Assembly: GCA_934276635.1 (NCBI GenBank)
Contig: CAKQTH010000001.1
Span: 200,098-264,097 of the forward strand
Direction of reading: 5' to 3'
DNA from: an uncultured Alphaproteobacteria bacterium
GTDB lineage: Bacteria; Pseudomonadota; Alphaproteobacteria; RF32; CAG-239
DNA: 64,000 bases
Part shown: positions 57,886-64,000 of the stretch, piece after piece
Numbering within the stretch: the first letter of the stretch is position 1
Layout: each line of letters opens with the position of its first letter
Program-made: the position numbers and the translations under genes
Notes under the pieces: model-generated
Told to the model about the DNA's origin: nothing
What the model saw: the letters and a program-made list of their open reading frames with translations, nothing else
Database searches by the model: none

Positions 57886-60800
57886 ATGAGTAAGCCGACT
57901 TTTGTGCATTTGCGGGTACACAGCGCGTATTCTTTGTCGCTCGGAGCGATGAAGGTTGAACAATTGGTCGCAAAAGCAAAAGAAATGGGCTTTGGCGCGA
58001 TTGCGATTTCGGACACATCAAATATGTTCGGAGTGAAGGCTTTTTCGCATTATGCTCCGGATAACGGCATCAAACCGATTATCGGCTGCCAGTTTGATTT
58101 GCGCAATTCGGATAATGACGATGTTTTGAAATGCAAGGGAAGAACGCTTCCGCCTGACAGAATTATAATATTTGTAAAAAACAAAACCGGTTATGCAAAT
58201 ATTATGAAGCTGATGAAAATTTATTATCTTGATAATACGGAAAAATACGGCGAGCCGCAGCTGACAATTGAAAACCTCAAAGAATTTAAAGAAGGCCTGA
58301 TTGCGCTTTCAGCAGGCGTGGACGGCGTTATCGGCAGACTTTTGCTTGAAAACAGAAAAAGCGAGGCGGAAGAGGCCTTAAAAATTTTCAAAGACCTGTT
58401 CGGAGCAGACTATTATCTGGAAATTTCGCGTATAGGGCTTGACAGCGAAAAGAAGACGGAAGCAGATTTTATTGATTTGGCGTATAAATATGATGTGCCG
58501 CTGGTTGCAACAAACGAGGCATTTTTCTTTGATACGGATATGTATGAGGCGCACGACGCGTTGATTTGTATTGTTGCCGGCGAATATGTGGCCGATGAAA
58601 ACCGCAAGAGATATTCTCCGAATAACCGACTGAAAACGGCGGAAGAAATGGTCGAGCTGTTTTCTGATTTGCCCGAAGCGATTGAAAACACGATCAATAT
58701 TGCAACAAAGTGCAATTTTATGTCGGAATTTGTTGCGCCGCTGCTGCCGATATTTGAGTGTCCGGGCGGATTAAGCCAGGACGAATATATCACTCAGCAG
58801 GCCTATAAGGGATTAAAAGAGCGTATGGATGTCCATGTGTATACTCCGCAGATGACCGAAGAGGAACGCAAGGCGGTTGATGAAAAATATTATGCGCGTC
58901 TTGAATATGAACTGAGCGTTATCAAAAAAATGGGCTTTCCGGGATACTTCCTTATCGTGTCGGACTTTATCAAATGGTCGAAAGGGCACGGAGTTCCGGT
59001 CGGACCGGGGCGTGGTTCCGGTGCGGGTTCAATTGTGGCGTGGTCGCTCAAAATTACAGACTTGGATCCAATAAAGCTTGATTTGCTGTTTGAGCGCTTT
59101 TTGAACCCAGAGCGCATTAACATGCCGGATTTCGATGTGGATTTCTGTCAGGAAAACCGCGGCAAAACAATCGAATATGTGCAAAACAAATACGGCTTTG
59201 ATCATGTTGCGCAAATCGTGACATATGGTAAGTTGCAATCGAAAGCGGTTATAAAAGATGTGGCGCGCGTTATGCAGATGCCGTATTCTCAGGCCGACAA
59301 AATTTCAAAGATGATTCCGCCTCCGGTGCAGGGAAAGAATGTTTCTTTGCCCGAAGCGTTGGAGCAGGTGCCTGAGCTGGAGGAAATGCGCCAAAATGAT
59401 CCGCAGGTAAACAAGCTTTTTGATATTGCAATAAAGCTTGAAGGCTTGTACCGCAATACCGGTATGCATGCGGCCGGCGTGGTTATCGGAGACAGACCGC
59501 TTGAACAGCTTGTGCCGCTGTATAAAGATCCGCGTTCAGATATGCCGGTGACCCAATATGATATGAAATATGTTGAAGAAACCGGTTTGATTAAGTTTGA
59601 CTTTTTGGGCTTGAAAACCTTGACTGTGATTAAGAAAGCCGTCGACAGAATCAACAAGTTTCATAATGTAAATTTGAATATCGAGGCCATAAGTCTGGAA
59701 GACAAGCCAACATACGAGCTTTTGCAAAGGGGCGACACCGCGGCAGTGTTCCAATTTGAATCTTCGGGTATGATTGATGTTCACAAACAGATTAAGCCTG
59801 ACCGATTTGAAGACCTTATCGCTATTGTTTCGCTGTATCGACCGGGGCCGATGGACAATATTCCGAGCTATATTAAACGCAAGCACGGAGAAGAAGAAAT
59901 TACATATCTGCACCCGATGCTTGAGCCGATATTAAAAGAAACCTACGGCATTATGATTTATCAGGAACAGGTAATGAAAATTGCGCAGGTTCTCGGCGGA
60001 TATACTCTCGGCGGTGCGGATAAGTTGCGTAAAGTTATGGGTAAAAAGCAACGCGATAAAATTCCGGAACAACGCGAAATGTTTGTTAAAGGCGCCATAA
60101 AGAAAGGTATTGAAGAACAAACGGCGATTAATATATTTAACCAGATGGAAAAATTTGCTTCATACGGGTTTAATAAATCGCACGCGGCGGCATATTCGCT
60201 GATTTCATACCAGACTGCATACCTCAAGGCTCACTATATGGTTGAGTTTATGAGCGCGGTTATGGACTTGGATATGACCAACACCGACAAGCTGTTTTTG
60301 TATAAGGAAGAGTGTAAAAAGAACGGCATTACGGTGTTGCAGCCTGATGTAAATAAATCTGATTATTTGTTCAGTGTCGAAGACGGCAAAATCCGCTATT
60401 CTTTGAGCGCTATAAAGGGCGTCGGCGAGGCAAATATGAAGGCGCTGGTCGAAGAACGCGAAAAGAACGGCCCGTTCAAAGATATTTCCGATTTTGTGCA
60501 TCGTATTGATTCTAAACAAATTAACCGCCGCCAGATAGAAAACCTGATTAAGGCCGGCGCGTTTGATTGTTTTGACAAGAACAGACGCAAGCTGTATGAA
60601 AATGTCGGAACAATCATCAAAAACATCAATGCCGCCACCGAGCTGAAAAACAGCGCACAGTCGTCGCTTTTCGGTGGAGAAGAGCTGAAATCAAAAATCA
60701 AACTGGAAGAGTTTCCGGATTGGCCGGATTTTGAGCGACTGCAATATGAAGCCGAAACAATCGGATTTTATTTGTCGGCGCACCCGCTTGACAGCTATAA

Positions 60801-61359
60801 AGATGGTATGGAAAAGCTCGGGGTAAAAAGCTGCGCCGAAGTTTATGCCAATATCAAAACCGGAGATTCGGTAAAAGCAAAAATTGCAGGCTGTGTAAAG
60901 TCTTTTCAACGCAGAATCAGCAAAAACGGCAACAAATTTGCGTTTGTCGGAATTTCTGATGCTTCCGGTTCGTTTGAGGGATTGCTGTTTTCCGAAGGAC
61001 TTGATAAATACGGCGAAATTCTGGAAAAGGGAATTCCGGTTCTGGTCAGTGTTTCGGTTAGCAAAGAAAGCGACGACGCAAGCCCGCGCACAATGATAAC
61101 CGGGGTTGAGTCTTTGGATACGGCAATTTCCGATGTTTCAAACGGGCTGGTTATCACAATAGGAGATATTGAGGCCATAAGACCGCTTAAAGAATTGTTT
61201 TCACAAGATAGAAGAGGCAAAAATAAGATATATATTGTTCCGTATAACTCGGAATGGGACATCAGAATTGTCTTGGCTGACGGCGTGGCGTTGGCAGTTA
61301 AGGATATGTTCTCTAAAATTCGCGCAATTAAGGGCGTTTTATCTGTAAAGGAATTTTAA
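57886..61359 (+). CDS. dnaE: DNA polymerase III alpha subunit DnaE
   Basis: PHP domain (HLRVHSAYSL), polymerase core and OB fold. Start refined to MSKPTFVHLRVHS. Confidence 0.95.
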   Translation: MSKPTFVHLRVHSAYSLSLGAMKVEQLVAKAKEMGFGAIAISDTSNMFGVKAFSHYAPDNGIKPIIGCQFDLRNSDNDDVLKCKGRTLPPDRIIIFVKNKTGYANIMKLMKIYYLDNTEKYGEPQLTIENLKEFKEGLIALSAGVDGVIGRLLLENRKSEAEEALKIFKDLFGADYYLEISRIGLDSEKKTEADFIDLAYKYDVPLVATNEAFFFDTDMYEAHDALICIVAGEYVADENRKRYSPNNRLKTAEEMVELFSDLPEAIENTINIATKCNFMSEFVAPLLPIFECPGGLSQDEYITQQAYKGLKERMDVHVYTPQMTEEERKAVDEKYYARLEYELSVIKKMGFPGYFLIVSDFIKWSKGHGVPVGPGRGSGAGSIVAWSLKITDLDPIKLDLLFERFLNPERINMPDFDVDFCQENRGKTIEYVQNKYGFDHVAQIVTYGKLQSKAVIKDVARVMQMPYSQADKISKMIPPPVQGKNVSLPEALEQVPELEEMRQNDPQVNKLFDIAIKLEGLYRNTGMHAAGVVIGDRPLEQLVPLYKDPRSDMPVTQYDMKYVEETGLIKFDFLGLKTLTVIKKAVDRINKFHNVNLNIEAISLEDKPTYELLQRGDTAAVFQFESSGMIDVHKQIKPDRFEDLIAIVSLYRPGPMDNIPSYIKRKHGEEEITYLHPMLEPILKETYGIMIYQEQVMKIAQVLGGYTLGGADKLRKVMGKKQRDKIPEQREMFVKGAIKKGIEEQTAINIFNQMEKFASYGFNKSHAAAYSLISYQTAYLKAHYMVEFMSAVMDLDMTNTDKLFLYKEECKKNGITVLQPDVNKSDYLFSVEDGKIRYSLSAIKGVGEANMKALVEEREKNGPFKDISDFVHRIDSKQINRRQIENLIKAGAFDCFDKNRRKLYENVGTIIKNINAATELKNSAQSSLFGGEELKSKIKLEEFPDWPDFERLQYEAETIGFYLSAHPLDSYKDGMEKLGVKSCAEVYANIKTGDSVKAKIAGCVKSFQRRISKNGNKFAFVGISDASGSFEGLLFSEGLDKYGEILEKGIPVLVSVSVSKESDDASPRTMITGVESLDTAISDVSNGLVITIGDIEAIRPLKELFSQDRRGKNKIYIVPYNSEWDIRIVLADGVALAVKDMFSKIRAIKGVLSVKEF

Positions 61360-61360
61360 T

Positions 61361-62170
61361 ATGATGAAAAAAATTGCAGAAAAAATGAAAAAAATGTGGC
61401 AAAGACCGGCGGAAAAATATGAACCGCTTGAAGGCTGGGCGCAGGTTATGAGGATTTTCTTCGGGCAATATGATATTTTGCTGGCAAATTTCGGTCGGTT
61501 TTTGCAAAGCGGAATTGTTTTTATGGCGGTGTATGCGCTGCTTATCCTTTCCGGAAAGTTTTTCTCCGGATATGTCGGAGAAAACTATATTTTTGCAATA
61601 TTCCTGACGGTTGCGGTGATGTTGCTGTTTTTGGCTGTGTCCGCCGCATATATGACAAAGTGGTATAATGTTGCGTTCAAAAATGAAGATGTGTTTAATT
61701 TCAGAATCAATCTGTCGGTTGCGGCAAAAGTTTTCGGCCTGCTTTTGGGACTGTTTTTGATAATGTTGCTGCCGTTGCTTTCTTTTGTTATGCTATATCA
61801 AAGAGTTGTGACGCCGGATTGGGCTTTTGAACTTTTGTATTTTACATTCTATGTTGCACTTGCAATGCTGCCGGTATTTGCTATGAGATATCTGTCGGTG
61901 TTTGCCATTGTGATGAACAACGAAAAAATTCCGCCGTTCGGCGAGCTTACGGCAATGACAAGAGACAAGCTGAGAATGATTTGGTTTTCTCTGTCGTTTT
62001 TGTTTGTTATCGTGCTTTTGATATGGCTGCCGGCGGCTGGTATAAACGGCTTGTTCGGAGCGTTTTTGAACCTGTTTTTGATAATATTTGCCTGGGCGTT
62101 GTTTGTAAACCATTGCCAGGTGCAAAAAGAACAGTTTATAAAAATTGAAAAAAATCAGAAAAGTTCTTGA
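61361..62170 (+). CDS. hypothetical polytopic membrane protein
   Basis: Six to seven predicted TM helices. No family recognised. Confidence 0.5.
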   Translation: MMKKIAEKMKKMWQRPAEKYEPLEGWAQVMRIFFGQYDILLANFGRFLQSGIVFMAVYALLILSGKFFSGYVGENYIFAIFLTVAVMLLFLAVSAAYMTKWYNVAFKNEDVFNFRINLSVAAKVFGLLLGLFLIMLLPLLSFVMLYQRVVTPDWAFELLYFTFYVALAMLPVFAMRYLSVFAIVMNNEKIPPFGELTAMTRDKLRMIWFSLSFLFVIVLLIWLPAAGINGLFGAFLNLFLIIFAWALFVNHCQVQKEQFIKIEKNQKSS

Positions 62171-62248
62171 CTAACAGCATAAAATCTCGTACATTCCGAC
62201 TGAAAAAGAGATTATGATTGTTTTTAGCGATAAATGCAGTCAGATTTC

Positions 62249-62325
62249 GGGCCCTTAGCTCAGTTGGTTAGAGCAGACCGCTCATAACGGTCCGGTCGTT
62301 GGTTCGAGTCCATCAGGGCCCACCA
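62249..62325 (+). tRNA. tRNA-Met or tRNA-Ile2 (anticodon CAT; G1-C72, so not an initiator)
   Basis: Manual fold: acceptor GGGCCCT/AGGGCCC, D-arm GCTCAGTTGGTTAGAGC, anticodon stem GACCG/CGGTC, loop CTCATAA, T-loop TTCGAGT with one U-U mismatch in the T-stem, and encoded CCA. Confidence 0.8.
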
Positions 62326-62326
62326 T

Positions 62327-62360
62327 ATAAAAAGAGGATGTTTCTATCCTCTTTTTTTTA
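62327..62360 (+). terminator. rho-independent terminator after the tRNA
   Basis: aagaggat-gtttct-atcctctt hairpin followed by TTTTTTT. Confidence 0.55.
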
Positions 62361-62511
62361 TGCATTGATGAGGCCTTAAGAGCCCAGTGTTTGCGGGGTT
62401 TGTGAGATTTGGCGTTTCAATTATGATGTGAGCATACGAACCACCGCTAAGAGATTTTTCATTAAAATTAAGAAAAATAGATACTTTTGGATTGACCTCG
62501 TCCAAAACAAA

Positions 62512-62540
62512 AAACGCCTATTTTAGGCGCTTTTCTTACC
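62512..62540 (-). terminator. rho-independent terminator serving the minus-strand island genes
   Basis: aacgcctA-TTTT-aggcgctttt hairpin with a T-run on the minus strand, about 75 nt downstream of the stop at 62615. Confidence 0.4.
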
Positions 62541-62614
62541 ACCCAACCTCGCACCCTATATCCATGACCAGACTAAAGTTGCGAACCATAGACCACTTGG
62601 GTGAGAGTTTAAAA

Positions 62615-63433
62615 TTAATTAGAACATTTTAATGTATAAACAAAGTTTTCATCTTTGAAACATCTGTTCCATTGGCACAGAAAAATATTTTCAAATTTTG
62701 AGGAGAATAAGTGTTTTTTTAATGAATTGGTAAAATGACAATAATTACCTGTTAAAACATCAGGTATATATACCAGAAGGAAACATTTATCACATTTTTT
62801 AAGGTAATTAGTAATTTTTTTATTTTTACTATCAATTGTTTCTTGAAGTTCATCAAGCGGATCTTCTTTACTATAACACTCGTTATTTACATTACAATCA
62901 AATTTGTTATCCATATTGGGGATAGCGGTAATTGTGATATTAAAATATTCATCCTGGACTTGAATTGTTTCTTTAATAAGATGTGGCCATTGTTTTAACT
63001 TTTCGACATTTCTATCAATAATTCGTTCTATACCTGATTTAATTTCATTTTTATTATAAATATCCCAAAATCCAGGATTATAAATAACATCTAAAACTTC
63101 TTGGCGTGTTCGAGCACACCATTTTCTTTTATCCCATTTATCAATTAAAACAGATATGTTAAGATTATGCTTCTTTTGCGCATATGCACGTGTTTGGTTG
63201 CCAATACTCATAAGGTGTTGAAGAGCTCGTCCATGTTGGCTTTTGACGATAAACTTCGTTATTTCCAACCCAATTGTTTGATTATCTTCTGTAGTAAAAA
63301 CAAAATCAGGATGTTCAGTCTCTATGTGTGACTTTATTTTATTTTCTTTATGCCAATTTTTACCTTCATCTGAGGCTAAAAAGTAATTCAAATATTCCCA
63401 TTCTTCTGCTTTTTTGTTTTCATTTTTAGACAT
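62615..63433 (-). CDS. hypothetical protein with a putative PD-(D/E)xK nuclease motif (272 aa)
   Basis: HPDFVF...GLEITKF matches the PD-x(n)-ExK spacing. Very AT-rich. 2 nt downstream of the Mrr-like gene, so probably an operon. Confidence 0.45.
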   Translation of the reverse strand: MSKNENKKAEEWEYLNYFLASDEGKNWHKENKIKSHIETEHPDFVFTTEDNQTIGLEITKFIVKSQHGRALQHLMSIGNQTRAYAQKKHNLNISVLIDKWDKRKWCARTRQEVLDVIYNPGFWDIYNKNEIKSGIERIIDRNVEKLKQWPHLIKETIQVQDEYFNITITAIPNMDNKFDCNVNNECYSKEDPLDELQETIDSKNKKITNYLKKCDKCFLLVYIPDVLTGNYCHFTNSLKKHLFSSKFENIFLCQWNRCFKDENFVYTLKCSN

Positions 63434-63435
63434 AT

Positions 63436-63858
63436 TTATTCCTTGTCTACAAAATATACAGGGCTAATTGGCATTAAAGCCTTATCCTCATCTTTCATTT
63501 TTTCGTAAAACTCCTGCCATAACTCAATAAAACGCTCTAAATCTATCAATTCTATATGAGGGCTGGAGTGCTTAAATTCTTTTAAGGCATCAGAAGCAAA
63601 ACCTGAAATTGATATAAAAACACCAATATCATTTGTAGTTAAAATACCTTTTAATTGTCTTAGTCCTTGCGATGTTGCTTTTGTATCCTGACGATATTTT
63701 ATCTGAATTTTAATGTGAGGTGTCGTGCTCCCAATAGGGTCTTTATATGCTATAACATCAACACCACCATCTTTACCTTTAGGCGCAATAAAAGGCGTAT
63801 AATATCCCATGCCTCTAAACAGTGCGCCGCATAATTCTTGAAAACTGTATGGGGTCAA
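63436..63858 (-). CDS. Mrr_cat-type restriction endonuclease catalytic domain protein (N-terminus apparently frameshifted; TTG start in the ORF track)
   Basis: GKDGGVDVIAYKD...HIKIQIKYRQ...GVFISISGFASDA...IELIDLERFIELW is collinear with the Mrr catalytic domain (DGGIDG...QAKRY...GVFITTS...LIDGERL). Confidence 0.6.
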   Translation of the reverse strand: MTPYSFQELCGALFRGMGYYTPFIAPKGKDGGVDVIAYKDPIGSTTPHIKIQIKYRQDTKATSQGLRQLKGILTTNDIGVFISISGFASDALKEFKHSSPHIELIDLERFIELWQEFYEKMKDEDKALMPISPVYFVDKE

Positions 63859-64000
63859 ATTCTTCTAATATAAATTTTGTAAACGATTGATTTGCTTTAG
63901 CTCTGGCATCATCTAATAAAGATGATACTTTCTGAGTAACTTCTTCAATTTGTTCATCAGGCACATCTTTATTGCTTGTTTTGGTAAGCGTTTCTTTTTT
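63845..64000 (-). pseudogene. upstream partial ORF running off the window end, in a different frame from the Mrr_cat ORF (putative N-terminal part of a frameshifted Mrr-like gene)
   Basis: The minus-strand frame reads ...DVPDEQIEEVTQKVSSLLDDARAKANQSFTKFILEEFDPIQF then stops. The sequence FDPIQF would splice naturally onto QELCGALFRGMGY of the Mrr_cat ORF after a 1-nt shift at a T4 run. Confidence 0.3.

Noticed and set aside
62360-62560. Possible integrase remnant on the minus strand next to tRNA-Met (a frame reads ...GGSYAHIIIE, reminiscent of the tyrosine-recombinase C-terminal RYAHL motif)
   Set aside because: The frame has no start codon, is preceded by an in-frame stop, and runs straight through the terminator hairpin into the tRNA. 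The five-residue resemblance is most likely chance.
1-64000. CRISPR arrays, rRNA genes, IS elements or transposases
   Set aside because: No regularly spaced direct repeats, no rRNA-like sequence and no transposase or integrase-like ORF were seen anywhere in the window.

Overview
The window is a 64-kb, gene-dense, AT-rich segment (roughly 40% GC by eye, not computed) of a Gram-negative bacterial chromosome. Most of it is housekeeping and envelope genes, all read from the translated ORFs by family recognition. The families are: trmFO; kdsA; kdsD/kpsF; waaA(kdtA)–lpxK; lptB–hpf–ptsN with no rpoN; pagP; two tandem mlaD paralogs plus a DUF2155 protein; two paralogous GldA/GldF/GldG/DUF4340-like ABC exporter clusters with different gene-fusion states; batD–batB–batA–DUF4381; lon; recJ; greA; mgtE; lspA; two M16 peptidases; pgi; mutL; mnmA; dnaE; and three tRNAs, Lys-CTT, Leu-GAG and Met/Ile2-CAT. 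A ChpT-family histidine phosphotransferase, DUF2155, TrmFO and the rpoN-less lptB-hpf-ptsN arrangement suggest an alphaproteobacterium, possibly host-associated or anaerobic, but this is inference. The accessory-looking pockets are: (i) a very AT-rich island after tRNA-Met at the 3' end of the window carrying two PD-(D/E)xK-type nuclease genes, one an Mrr-like restriction domain that appears frameshifted; (ii) a large secreted cysteine-rich protein with internal repeats and its own strong promoter, next to tRNA-Lys; (iii) an orphan [FeFe]-hydrogenase-like gene with a small cysteine-rich ORF downstream; (iv) a lower-GC type IV pilin-like gene plus a NADAR(YbiA) gene; (v) a secreted acidic protein translationally coupled to chpT; (vi) small unknown ORFs at the 5' edge of the window. 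No CRISPR array, rRNA or obvious transposase was seen.
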